Below the pieces are notes generated by a model. It was not told the DNA's origin. It did no database searches and saw only the letters and a list, made by a program, of their open reading frames with translations. Positions 27,601-38,544 of a DNA stretch of 64,000 nucleotides are shown here, piece after piece; position 1 is the first letter of the stretch; each line of letters begins with the position of its first letter. Source of the stretch: Hydrolagus affinis (Eukaryota); assembly GCA_012026655.1 (NCBI GenBank), contig JAAILG010000178.1:62001-126000 (forward strand), read 5' to 3'. A program made the position numbers and the translations under genes.

Positions 27601-29088
27601 TCCAAGCATGGAAATTATGGATTTGCTTCTCACAGCCTTTTCTCTCTTAAACAATGACAAATGTTGACGAATTTGAAGATATTTAGTGAATACCATATCC
27701 AATTAAGGCAAACAAATGGTCAGCAACAAATAAGAATAAATAATGCCCTCAGTTCACATAATCGTATACATCACCCGAAGATCAATTCAGTATCGTTGGA
27801 TCTACCAGATAATTTATATAATCATAGGTGTGTGGGACAATGCTATGTGCAATTGGCAGCCACTTGGCACCCACATATATACAGTCAATTCACTTTACAG
27901 TGCATTCTGTAAAGCGCTTTGAGACGTGTAGAAGACGTGAAAAGTACTAAATCAAATGCAAGGATTAGTATTAATTACTGGGCAAGCATTTGGAGAAATA
28001 TTTGAAGTCATTACACACACATACAGATAGTAAGGAGTGGGAAAAAAAGCCCAGAGATCCATCAAGCTTGCTCCCTCCCCCCACTCCACAGTCCACATGA
28101 TATTCACCTACACATCTCTCCTGATCCTGGTCACTCAGTCCTCTCTTCTCTCAGAGCCCAGGGCAGGTCAAAAACTATAGAACCCCCCCTATACTCACGT
28201 AAAACAAGGAGAATTTAAAAGAAAAACATTGTACCTGGAAAATTCCCTCCTGACTCGAAAAAGCAGTCAAAGATTAAGCCACACTTTACTCTTCTTTTTT
28301 AAAACCTATGAATTCATAATGATTTTTCTGCACATTCCTGGAACACCTCAGAGGCCTCATGTGCATAGTCAATGCAAATTGCCAATAGAAAATATGCTAT
28401 GATTTATCAGTTGTGCCCAATTTTTCCCAAAATAACATTGGGCATCGAGTCCACGCTCTCTTGGGTTTAAGCTAAGTACCCTCGTCTCATCTTTGCTTTT
28501 CAACTCTGAAGGTAATACATAAATATTTGGTTTGTAATCCACACTGAGACCCTGATCTAAAACTCATCAGCATTTTTTTTAAAGAATAAAATTTAAACAT
28601 TGTTCAGCTGTCTAGGTTGATTTTTGTTTTGGATTTTTTTTCCAAAAAATATATTTGATGGTTTTGTTTCTTGCACTTGTCCCCTGTAGGAAACCACAAC
28701 ACGATTCACAACACTGCATTCTAGTTAGTATCATTTTGTACTATCTCTGCAATGAAACAGTAGTTTAATGTTGTGTGCAGCTTTCGAGATTGGTTTTGCC
28801 ACCACATTTATAATGAATACAACTACACACATGTAGAACGTTCTAATTTTTTTAAGTAGCATTCCATCGCCAAATGTTTTTACACCTAATATAGCATGAC
28901 ATTTTAATAGTTTTTAAGAATGTTTAATTCAATTCTGTGCTGGAAAATAATCACTCTTTTTAATAGGTCCGCAGTCCGCATAATGGAATTTAATGTAAAT
29001 TACACTTTTAAATATTGAAATGGAACGCACTTACCTGATTAAATGGGCGTACACGGACAGCAACTTTTATGCTATCTGCATTAAGCAT
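3489..29088 (-). CDS. KIF28: Kinesin-3 family KIF28-like motor, complete spliced CDS (24 exons, 3126 nt, 1041 aa)
   Basis: Motor motifs [11 protein letters not shown]-loop [13 protein letters not shown], switch I NTTSSRSH, switch II DLAGSER, PYRNS and LGGNSKT. These are followed by a neck coil, an FHA-like region ([12 protein letters not shown]...HAV...VIING...DRVILG) and a KIF28-type tail ([22 protein letters not shown]). All 23 introns are GT-AG and phase-consistent. Confidence 0.9.
4614..4774 (-). CDS. KIF28: KIF28-like exon 23 (...[23 protein letters not shown]...)
   Basis: 161 nt, phase 1-0, donor GTAAGA. Confidence 0.82.
5173..5335 (-). CDS. KIF28: KIF28-like exon 22 (coiled coil [19 protein letters not shown]...)
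   Basis: 163 nt, phase 0-1, donor GTTAGT. Confidence 0.78.
5497..5603 (-). CDS. KIF28: KIF28-like exon 21 (GCQEMD...SVPL)
   Basis: 107 nt, phase 1-0; bridges the phases of the two neighbouring exons. Confidence 0.75.
5945..6111 (-). CDS. KIF28: KIF28-like exon 20 (FVLYGLP...LVLQLWGLQ)
   Basis: 167 nt, phase 2-1. Confidence 0.86.
7274..7408 (-). CDS. KIF28: KIF28-like exon 19 ([22 protein letters not shown]...)
   Basis: 135 nt, phase 2-2. Confidence 0.86.
7638..7692. repeat. (TA)n microsatellite
   Basis: Directly visible. Confidence 0.85.
7779..7972. mobile_element. Palindromic MITE-like element
   Basis: Ends GGGGAGAAAATT / AATTTCTCCACC; inner arms AGAATTTGGCAAATT / AATTTGCCAAATTCT. Confidence 0.55.
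8081..8372 (+). mobile_element. tRNA(Val)-derived Deu-type SINE, full length
   Basis: Head GTAGCTCAGTGGTTAGAGCA...CTTACAA...GGTTCAATTCC, Deu-like body, L2-like tail. Confidence 0.88.
9540..9800 (+). mobile_element. Old CR1 fragment
   Basis: Degenerate [20 protein letters not shown] resembling CR1 [19 protein letters not shown]. Confidence 0.5.
10134..10262 (-). CDS. KIF28: KIF28-like exon 18 ([12 protein letters not shown]...LLPCTPSG)
   Basis: 129 nt, phase 2-2. Confidence 0.86.
10522..10667 (-). CDS. KIF28: KIF28-like exon 17 ([11 protein letters not shown]...[11 protein letters not shown])
   Basis: 146 nt, phase 0-2. Confidence 0.86.
11266..11373 (-). CDS. KIF28: KIF28-like exon 16 ([13 protein letters not shown]...[10 protein letters not shown])
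   Basis: 108 nt, phase 0-0. Confidence 0.86.
12208..12326 (-). CDS. KIF28: KIF28-like exon 15 (...[17 protein letters not shown])
   Basis: 119 nt, phase 1-0; ANxISEELxK motif. Confidence 0.86.
14033..14180 (-). CDS. KIF28: KIF28-like exon 14 ([17 protein letters not shown]...YEYFASELA)
   Basis: 148 nt, phase 0-1. Confidence 0.87.
14381..14680 (-). mobile_element. tRNA-derived Deu-type SINE, full length
   Basis: Same family; (TAA)n tail at the left end. Confidence 0.88.
14868..14991 (-). CDS. KIF28: KIF28-like exon 13 (FHA: ILDKHAV...ARVIING...QLRHL)
   Basis: 124 nt, phase 2-0. Confidence 0.87.
15321..15910 (-). mobile_element. CR1-clade LINE 3' end
   Basis: AAGAACATAAGAAC tail and AGGCCATTCGGCCCCTCGAGCCTG 3' UTR. 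The minus strand at the right end reads [14 protein letters not shown] (CR1 ORF2 C-terminus). Confidence 0.85.
17400..17586. mobile_element. Palindromic MITE-like element (same family as 7779)
   Basis: GGGGAGAAAT...AGAATGTGGTAAATTGTTGAACTCA...AATTTTCCAAATTCTG...GGAAATTCTCTC. Confidence 0.5.
17697..17757 (-). CDS. KIF28: KIF28-like exon 12 (FHA: ICTIGR...DIVLKGLG)
   Basis: 61 nt, phase 1-2, donor GTAAGT. Confidence 0.85.
18190..18280 (-). CDS. KIF28: KIF28-like exon 11 ([21 protein letters not shown])
   Basis: 91 nt, phase 0-1; motif at the start of the FHA region. Confidence 0.88.
19484..19605 (-). CDS. KIF28: KIF28-like exon 10 (coiled coil, [13 protein letters not shown])
   Basis: 122 nt, phase 1-0; kinesin-3 SWxxKL motif. 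Confidence 0.87.
20517..20659 (-). CDS. KIF28: KIF28-like exon 9 (neck: [12 protein letters not shown]...LLRDL)
   Basis: 143 nt, phase 2-1. Confidence 0.85.
21273..21638 (+). mobile_element. L2-clade LINE 3' end (5'-truncated)
   Basis: Encodes [16 protein letters not shown]...[16 protein letters not shown]...[11 protein letters not shown] (L2 ORF2 C-terminus); (GTT)n tail. Confidence 0.88.
21938..22005 (-). CDS. KIF28: KIF28-like exon 8 ([22 protein letters not shown])
   Basis: 68 nt, phase 0-2; end of the motor domain. Confidence 0.9.
23570..23681 (-). CDS. KIF28: KIF28-like exon 7 (ALSDK...[12 protein letters not shown]...LGGNSKTVM)
   Basis: 112 nt, phase 2-0, donor GTGAGT. Confidence 0.92.
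23892..24046 (-). CDS. KIF28: KIF28-like exon 6 (switch [11 protein letters not shown]...[12 protein letters not shown])
   Basis: 155 nt, phase 0-2, donor GTAAGC. Confidence 0.92.
25718..25939 (-). CDS. KIF28: KIF28-like exon 5 (IQDLL...switch I NTTSSRSH...FQQ)
   Basis: 222 nt, phase 0-0, donor GTACGT. Confidence 0.9.
26267..26483 (+). mobile_element. Penelope-like short insertion with inverted arm, tail and 16-bp TSD
   Basis: Perfect 67-bp inverted repeat 26267-26333 / 26385-26451; ~32-nt unpaired tail; direct repeat TGCTCTATAAATGTAA at 26252-26267 and 26484-26499. Confidence 0.8.
26879..26914 (-). CDS. KIF28: KIF28-like exon 4, 36-nt micro-exon ([12 protein letters not shown])
   Basis: TTGCAG acceptor, GTAAGT donor, EIYNE motif. 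Confidence 0.88.
27016..27222 (-). CDS. KIF28: KIF28-like exon 3 (P-loop [20 protein letters not shown])
   Basis: 207 nt, phase 0-0, donor GTAAGC. Confidence 0.93.
27454..27645 (-). CDS. KIF28: KIF28-like exon 2 (REKAVRSK...[11 protein letters not shown]...YVGQ)
   Basis: AG acceptor, GTCAGT donor, 192 nt, phase 0-0; kinesin-3 FxFDYxYWS motif. Confidence 0.9.
27830..27970 (+). mobile_element. SINE, 5'-truncated
   Basis: Deu-like body and 3' tail only. Confidence 0.8.
29035..29088 (-). CDS. KIF28: KIF28-like exon 1 ([18 protein letters not shown])
   Basis: ATG at 29088; kinesin VAVRVRP motif; donor CAG|GTAAGT. Absent from the ORF track. Confidence 0.88.
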
Positions 29089-29490
29089 TATGAGCTTTCT
29101 CAAGACAAATGGAGTAACAGTATCGGAAAATTGCACAATTAAAATACAGCAATGTCAGAAACTAGACTGTGAGATACAGCTGTTCAGCTTCAGGCAATGT
29201 TACTGTTAATGCATTTGGCCTTGCATCCTATTGTTGTAGTGTTTTATGCGTTGCTGTCCAAACGAGATGACCTTTCTTTGTGCGAGAGTATTCAGGTATT
29301 CAAGAGTGTAATGAGAGCTTCACAGATTCTTGTCTGAAGTTGATAAGTGACCAATCAAAACTCAGGGTCTTGTTCCCTTGACAAGTGAAGCAGCACAACA
29401 GATCACATAAAAGTCTGGTTGGTGTGAAAGATATTTAAATTTGTCATGCCTATGAACCAGCTTTGGGAGACAAAATGCTACTACTACTAC

Positions 29491-29578
29491 TAATAATAAT
29501 CCTTGCAATTGATATAGCGCTTTTCACATCTTCTAGACGTCTCAAAGTGCTTCACAGAATATACTGTAAAGTGAATGA
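29491..29578 (-). mobile_element. SINE 3' fragment
   Basis: TAATAATCCTTGCAATTGATATAGCGCTTTTCAC... Confidence 0.8.
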
Positions 29579-31510
29579 CACACAATATCATTAACAAGTC
29601 ATTTAAGATTAATTTAAATACAAAAAAAAGTTTAATGCGCCACTTTCGGCTTCTACAAAATTAATTAGGTGAGGTTTGAAATATTTAGGCAAGCAATTTA
29701 ATTATTTAAATGTCATTAATTTTTACAAAGTTCATCAATAATTTATTCAGCATCCTCTTACTGGTGGCAACCATGACACAACTTCATTTTGTGTTGAATT
29801 AAAGTTTTAAAAGAAAGGTTCTTATATCAGATTTTTATTTTGATGCTAATATATGCTCAAGCCACACTCATGTTGTGTCGCAGGAAAAGAGTTGTTGTCT
29901 AATAATTGATCCTTCCCCTACTTCTAGTCTCCATTCTCAACAACTCTTTACCCATGATAACCTTCCCTTTCGTTCTCCATGTCATCAGCATTAATATGGT
30001 TATTAATATTCTCTGAGCTTTTCTCCCTACAAATCCAAATACATTACCTGCTTTAGTCGGTCTGCCTTACTTTCCGTACTGTTCATGGTTCTTTACTTCC
30101 CAACAAGTTAGAAGTTTGGTGTACAGTATTTATTTCTCACAAGCTTTGTCCTTTCCTGATTCTCCATGCAGAAAATGTCTTCCTTGGTTGTTCTTTCACT
30201 GTCCACCCCCATGAGTGTTCATAGCAGCTCGAACATGGCTGAAATTGTAACATTGTGAAACAGAGACCATCTGATTCAATCTCAGGCCCTACAGAGTTTA
30301 ACTGGGGCATTGGGTGTCAGTTAATTTGTTTATTGAGGAATAATTATCAGTTTATGCATTCGGTGGAGTTAAATAGAACAACGTTGCTTGGATGGAAAAC
30401 AACAAGCTGTGTGTCCTAACTTTCTACATTACGGTATCCAAAAGTCAATCTATGTTTGGCAATCGTAGAAGTGGGTAAACATAAAGCATATGTTAAGTTC
30501 AGACCGAAGAATGAAAACCCAAATATTCAACCATCTGAAATTAACAGTGATTCTTTGATGACAATGACGATTTATTATTTAAGAACATTGTTTGAACAAA
30601 TTATTATCGGTGTGTGACTAGACATGCATGACTCCCGCTTGCTTCGGTCAACTAAAGAGGTACAGTCTTGTGAAAGCTTTGATGGTTGATAAGATTATAG
30701 ATTCATAGAGTTTGTGCATGATAATGAGCAGCTCATGTGTTTAATTGGTTTCTTGAAACATGTTAGGAAACACCCCATGTGGTTTAATGAATATTAATCA
30801 AACCCTCAAGAAAGAAAATCTGAAAGGCTCCTTGTTAGAAATAACATGAAGTTGAGTGAAAGGGTCAGTAAGAAAGAATTTAACAGCTCAGCAGCCATAG
30901 CTCCTATGAGTTGGTCCAAGCAGCATTGTCCAGTTCACTCTGGAGAATGGGGAGATGACTGGTATCAAGTAGCTGTCCTGTCATTGATGGTGAGTTCTTA
31001 GTTTGAAGGATAAAGAAAGTGGCACATTGCGTCAGGGTTTGCAACCATCAGCCAGGGGTTGTCAACCCAGTTACTCATTGATTTAGAAAATACTTATAAG
31101 GAGTCAAATGGATTGTAATGGATATGGAGACCTGATATTATCAGCCTTCATTAGTACAGCATCAAATCCAGCATTTAAAGTGCTGAAGCACTGAAAATTG
31201 TTAAAATCTTATTTTTTGGAAGAGGTGCATATTGGGCCTAGATTTTTTTTAATATATCTTTGAAAATGGAAGACTTAATCTGAAATAAATCATAAAACGG
31301 CCAAGTGCTCCTATAATATGACATCAGCACATAAAAATAGCACAAAATCTGGCTAATGATGTAATAAAAAATGATCAAAAACAGAGCAGTATCTGCTGGC
31401 ACCAGCAAAAGCAGCTGGCTGGTATTATTCATCTACAAATTCAATATTCTTGCACTTACCTTTGCATGAACCCATTTTATAAATAGTTTGAATAATCGAG
31501 AAGTTGGCTC

Positions 31511-31570
31511 GGGAGGGAGGGAGGGAGAGTGGGTTAGGGAGGGAGAGTGGGTTAGGGAGGGAGAGGGGGA
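31511..31570 (+). repeat. G-rich 18-bp minisatellite (GGGAGGGAGAGTGGGTTA) x ~2.5
   Basis: Directly visible; many GGG runs. Confidence 0.8.
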
Positions 31571-34500
31571 TGAGTTGAATTCATTAAATTTTATATGTGG
31601 CACCTTCAATTTAAACTCAGCATTTGTCAGATGTGAATCAATTTGATCCAGATGGAACTTTACCTCATCTCGCCAAGTTGCCCGTCCTTATAGTCTATCT
31701 TGATTAAAAGTTGATGGTCAGAAATTGCACAGATGTTTTGCCTTCATCTCAATTTGTTGACTGAGTGTTATACTCAGTGAGCAGACAGTGCTGTGATTGA
31801 AACTATAGGCTGCAGTAAGATTATGTGTCTAATATAAAAATGATGCACACAGCAGGTTATGATGAACATGCTCAATCTAATGAAAGTTCCTTATGCTGCA
31901 GTCAAACATCTATCAATTGTCTGCAAAATTGAAAAAAAAGTACTATTTAATATCTATTTACCAACTATGCACCCAATTTGGTTGGGGGGTTTTTAACTGC
32001 TGATTACGATAGTCATCAGTTACTATCACTTTCTCTCTCTCCCCCTCCCACCACACAGAAACACACACACTCGCAAAACAATACAATGATTTTAATCCAT
32101 TGGGAATCAATCAATATCCATTGACCTTCTACTTGATTGTCACCTACATACTTCTCCAACCCTGTTCCTTGATCCATCTCTGTTGCTCAGCTGGCATTAG
32201 TCTTCAGCATATCCTTCAGCTCACACATGAAGTCCTTCCGCTTTGACCATGCCTAAGGTCACTTTCCTTTTCAGCTCAGCATCAAACTCCACCCTAGTTA
32301 CAGGTTCCAAGATATTACTGCACGTTAAGGGCGCTTTAGAAATTCAAGTTGTTGAAAATGGATTTTGTAGTTCCAAGTTCTATCTACATCATCTCTAACG
32401 TCTAAACACTGGAAGTATTTTTCAGAAATTAAAAACATAATATAAAATACGTTGTATTTTACAAGTCTGGGGCAGGTTGTGGACCTAACTGATGAAAAGA
32501 TTGGACATATCTCGCTGGTGCATACTAGACCTCTGGAATTTGTAGGTTAATTTAAAATAAAACTTCCTCCCTGTATAGCATCTGAAAGTATCAGTTTTGA
32601 ACTTTGAAATTAACTTTTCCATAAGTGTTACTTGAATTTTAATCCAGCGCCTTGGGATGTTCTCCCAACGTGAAAGGCGCTCTACAAATGTAATTTTGTT
32701 GTAGTTGTTTAATCAGCGGAATTTAATCCTTACAAAAAGTGGAAAAAGACACTTTTCGTGCAGCAGGATTGACAAAAAAAAATCAATGGAATACTAAAAC
32801 CTAATCAAGGCACAAAGGAGCAGATTCAGCACAAAAGTAGACGTGAGGAAATAACCACTCTTATGTATTGATAAGCTGCTGATTTGCTTTTCTTTCAGCT
32901 CACCAGTGAAAGAAGATGAGTTGTCCCTGGATAGTTGAGGAGGTGTCATTGTCCTGACATCCTGTAGTTTGTGCACTTGTTTATTTAAAAGTTCCAGATG
33001 GTCTGTGGTTTTATAGAGAAATGGAAATGGCCACAGACGCTACAAACAAAGGCAATGATTTTGGCTCCTGTTCCATCCTCCCGTGTATTGCAAACAAGAA
33101 GATTTAATGTTTGCAGAAAGCTGCTAGTATTATTGTTCATAACAAGCCTCCTGCTATAGCTCTCGCCACGTCAGTGCTGATCAGCCAGACGCTAAAACGG
33201 ATGCAGTCATTCAAAAAAAAGTTTCAAGAAATTCAAGGTGATTAACGATGCACTCATTCTTTAACAGGGTGTCATTCAACAATTACAATCCACAGTAAAC
33301 CTGACCAGAATGCCCAATTGACCATGGTTGCAAGGTGACCCCAAGCTTAGTTGAGGAATAAATATGTATTAGGTATAGATCAGGTCCATACATCTGCAGT
33401 AAACAGCCCACCACTCAACCACACACACACACACAAACACACAAAGAATTGACGAATAAATGTAACAGCTTTTCTCCTCACTACATAAGAGGCAAAGTAA
33501 ATGCTGGGGAAGCAATGTGTGATCCGGGGAAGCAAATAATTAATCCGTGGAACACATTATCCATAGCAAGAGAGTATGATTTGGGGTCAACAGTTATTTG
33601 GTGGAAATCCTCTGCACCCACACACACACTCCACCACCATTGACGTATAAATGGGGGTGGGTGGCGGGGTGGAAGAATTCAACCCATAGATTCTAGAGTA
33701 ACCACTGCAATGTGGCGACAAGAGTGTTGTTGCTAGGATATAATTTGATCTTGATTAACGATGTGTATCAGGCTTCTTTCATAGTGTTAAATTTGATTTG
33801 GAACAACAGTGATACAGTGGATAAGACAATATTCTTCCCTTATGTTCCAGTCCCAGAAGCTACTGTTTTGAATGCATCTTTGATCATCATTGTGATCAGA
33901 TGACTACCTGTATCTATATAATTACTGTGGTGATAAAAGGGCTCATAGTTTCATTACTCGGCTCCAGGGAGTAGATTGAAACATCTGCAACCTTGAAAAA
34001 CACAAACATCTTTCTTCAGATAGATGCTCAGACATTTCTGCAATCCCAATCATTTTGCACAATTCATATGCAACACATTTCAAATCCTCCTCCACCTCAA
34101 ATGATCCTACCTGCACATCAGCTCAACAACCATGGAAACTCCTCCCAGTGCAAACCAATTCATTCAATCCATCCCACCCGACTCTCAATATCTGGTTGTT
34201 TTATAAATCGGCGCACCAACATTCTTGATTTACTTTTTGCCCACTAAAGTCATGTACGGTTTGAAACCCAGTGTAAAAGAGATTAGGATGATCATGGACA
34301 GTGACAGCTATTCACAGAAATGAATGGCATGGTGACATCAGATGGAACAGAACTTTGCATTTGTTCAGCAGCCATGATTCGGAGGAGCTCTTGGCTGCTC
34401 GGAGGTTTGTAAATCTCCCAGTTGGCCGATGCCAATTAGAAATCGGCAAATGCCAGCTGAGCAATTAAAAGGAACGAGCAAGTGGTGTTCATTATATAGA

Positions 34501-37500
34501 CAAATTCTCGAGAAGGAAGGCCAGCAGAATGCTGTTCAAAATACTGTATATGTAAACACCCCTGGGCTCCTTCCATTGTTAACATGGTAGATGGGAAGGC
34601 AGGCTGAATATGGTGATTCTATCTAAAGGTTGCTTAGAGGCAGCTCTGGGCCTGAATTTAAAAAAAACCAAGCTGCAGAAATGGAAAATCAGATTAGCTG
34701 CAGGTAAAAGGCTTCCTGTCTATTTAATTTTGTATTAATCTTAATTGCTCGCTAACATAAAAAGTGTCCAAGAATATTTAGTACTGGCATCACAAACTAC
34801 TATCGCTTTGTGCACATAAGTAAAGTTTTTACACAGTGCTGTACAACAATGGTGACCACGTCACACAAAATGCTCATTTATAAGAGTTTTGCAAAAACGC
34901 TTACCATTTTGGTTTAATGGAAAGCAATTTTTTTTTAGACTCAAGAGCGTTCAATGTGTTGCTTTGTTTTTCATCTGTGGGGAAAAAAGAGAATTGACAA
35001 TGTTTTATTCTATAGTGCTCTCCTCTCTTCAAGTTCATCAATCATTACAAGCAATGATTTTAATTTACAAAATTCTCATAGCTTTTGTTCACTTAAGGTT
35101 TAAAAAGGTAAAATAGTTTCAAAAGATGAGCACAATGTTACAATACCAAAATCTCTGTTGTGGGTTTCAATGCTGTTTGGATATTCATTTAACAGTAGGA
35201 AATTGGCAGGCATGTACCAGCTATACTGCTGTTCACTTCAGGCCACCACTACCACCTGATAAATACTCGCTGGGAAATAGAACCAAGGCTTCTTCCTGTG
35301 ATGTATCTACTTTGAGAGTTCAACTGTGCTTGTGTGCAAAGTTCAGCACCAGATTAACTAGAAGATAAGAGGAAGTGCTTAGGCCTGATCAACAACAACA
35401 GCAACAAAATTACATTTATAGACCGCCTTTCACGTTCGGGAGGACGTCCCACGGCACTGATCAACTCCTTGACACACCAATGATCAGATCACACACAATG
35501 ATTATTGGAATACAGTACATCCATTATTCCATATGAATGTTTTGGAGTGTGTTTGGCCATTTCCTTTGGGTGATTATATGAATGACTGGAACATAATAGG
35601 AATGTAAAAGTACAAATATAGTAAAGGTTTCAACATGTCTTTGAAATATCCTCCTCAGAAGTAATTTTCTGCTCTGTCGCTTCTACATTTAGAGGCACTG
35701 ACAGCATACCTTTTTGATGGTGTACCCAAACTGTAATTCAAACTGTTGACAGTCACAGTTAAAGTATGTCCTTTTTAACAGCACTTCACCTTTTAAATAC
35801 GTTCCAAGGGCTTCCATAAGATTGGTAATGTTTATCCCACAAAGTAACCTGCCATCTAAGTGGCCTGACTCGATCCGGCCTCAAGCTTTCTGACAAGTCT
35901 GAACGAAGCAACAATGATTGTGGTGCAGACTTGAAGTTGTAAACCAACCAATGCAGATACAAAATACTGACACTTTAGACTCAGTTTAGGCATATAAATT
36001 AAAAGCTATCCTTATCCACCAGATTATATTATGTAGCTAACCTGAAACAATAGCATAAAACCCCCAACAAACTCCAACAGAACACATGCGCACATTATTG
36101 TTCGTGATTGCGTCATTGCTTATTTCAAACGTTTGGGAAAAGTAAACATTTTATTCACAACCAAAAGGAAATATAAAGAGTTTTAACTATTCGCTCTGTT
36201 GAAACCTTTTGTTGCTATTGCAAACTATGGTATAGGCAACTTTATGGCGAAGGTTGAATTCCAAATGATTATAGGGTTGCCTGTGTCGTGTTCTTCATCC
36301 ACATCAGGAAAAAAAGGAATGGTTGATATTCCTTTTTGGAACTGGAAACTATCATACGTAAGGATACTTTGGGGCAGATGATGAGGTTTTGTTTACATCA
36401 AGTTAGTGGGTATTAGCAGGAGAGATTGGAACGCATATTTCTATTTTTGTCTCTCAGTGTTAGGATCATAACTCTCCCAGGTCTTAACAATGTACCTCAA
36501 GGCCAGAGAAGCATCCACTGCTGCACTGAAATTAATCTTTCCACTTCCCACACCAACCATCCATGTTTTTGGTGAAACGACAGATGTTTCATAACATTAT
36601 TTACAACATGAAACATTTGTTCCTTGAAGCAGTTGTGAATAAAGTCACAATCACTTCAAATCTATCAGCATGCTCTATTTTTAACTTTGAACATTCTTTC
36701 TTGTGGTCCCAGTCCTATGCAACAAGAAACTCTATTGACATTTCACACAGACCAGCCAAAAAAAAATCTTATACAAACAAGTAAAATGAAAAAGTGACTT
36801 CATATAAACATTGTATGTTCAATCTTATGCAGCCAGTTGAATCACTTCCAAAGGTTTTTTTTAAAAAAAATCTTTAAAGCTACAATGGATATTTGATACA
36901 ATAAAAAAAAATTCTACAAGAAGATCTGTTTGCAAAGTAATAAATACTCAATATATAAAACCCAGAGAGCATTTCTTCACCCTGGTTTGCTTCAAATACT
37001 TTCTGGAACAATGTTTTTTTGTTTATTTTCCTACAATGAAAACTTAACACTAGTCACTCTTTGGTTTCCAGCTGGTATTTAAAAGGATTTATTTCTAAAC
37101 ACAGCTCTAGTTTTTTTTCCGCAGTAATGAGCCGTGGGTCTCTGGCTTCTTCTCTATCGTGTGAACCACTGCCTTGCGATCGGTTTTCATCCCAACTGTT
37201 TGTTCTTTACGAAGCTGCAAAAGAAGCATACATTTTATTTCAAATCTAGTGGAAACTTATCACGTTAATTTTTTTTAAATATCCTGGCCAATTAATCATT
37301 TCCTTAGATTGGGTTATTGAGTCTCCCTGCACTGGCATTGATTTAATGGCGATAATAGATTCTATTCATTTTAATGACAGATGAAAAATTGTCAGATTTA
37401 ATAACGCTTATTCATTTTTGTATTCTATTAAAATAAAGCACATATAGATATTAAGGCCAGACAGGTCAACTATTTTGCAGTACTCAATATGTCACATAAA

Positions 37501-37922
37501 TTAATCAAACCATTGTACAGATAAATGAGTGCGTTTTCCTCCAGACCCTGCATTTCATCATCAAAGGAGAAATTACACTTTACAAATAGTGCCAAACTAG
37601 TTAATAAATATAACATGTCCAACTGCGACCACACAACCCGCATCAAATAATTCCAGCACAATGTAATGTGTTATATCCACCGTCGCTCGTTGATCTTTTC
37701 AAATGTGTTTGGTTTTGCCAGCGATTCCTGCTGCTTAGAGTGCCATCGGGTGGCAACTCTGGTAACAACATGAGAGAAAACGGATATACAGTATGAAAAG
37801 GTGAAGCAGCACCTCGATGGGAGCACTGCACCAAGCAGAGACTTCCCAAGCGAAAAACAAAAGGAAATCTTTATGCCATTTGGTAGCATTTGTCTTAAAC
37901 TCACCTGCAGTCTGAAGCCCTC

Positions 37923-37972
37923 ATACACACATTCACAATACACACACACACACACACACATACACATACACA
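37923..37972. repeat. (CA)n microsatellite
   Basis: Directly visible. Confidence 0.85.
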
Positions 37973-38447
37973 GTCACTGCACTTTACAGTGTATCCAGTG
38001 CTGTGCTTCGAAACAGCCTCCCAACCTGAAAGGCGCTATACCAAATGTCAGGATTGTTATTACTAGACATTCGTGGTATTCGCCACTGAAACGTACAGCA
38101 GGTGAAAGGCGAGATGTAACTGAGAGATGTGTGACTTACTTCTACACTGCAGGTGCCTCACAGCACTGCTGCTGCTGCTGCTCCCGCCAGTCCTGGTTTC
38201 AGGAGGATTGCTGGGACCCACCTGGAGAAGTGGCTTACATCAGCAACTCCCAAAGCAGCTTTGTGCTGAGGTCAGGAATACTGTTTCCAGAGCTCACTGG
38301 CCTCCGCAGAGCCTTCCTCAAATCGCAGATAAAGTCCGGTCGACAGTAAATCGGCACTTTATTTGTGGGACCCATGAATGCAGCCGTCAGTCAATCTGTG
38401 CAATTTACCTGGTGGATTGTAGGCCAGGACACGGGAGAAACTCACTA

Positions 38448-38544
38448 TTTATATCTGTATAATCTATATACAGTATATATATACACACACCTATACACAC
38501 ATATATATATACATACACACAAACATATATATACTGTATATATA
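38448..38544. repeat. Compound (TA)/(CA) microsatellite
   Basis: Directly visible. Confidence 0.85.

Noticed and set aside
37801-38349. 182-aa ORF with His- and Cys-runs
   Set aside because: Built from (CA)n, a SINE tail fragment and (CTG)n; no domain recognised
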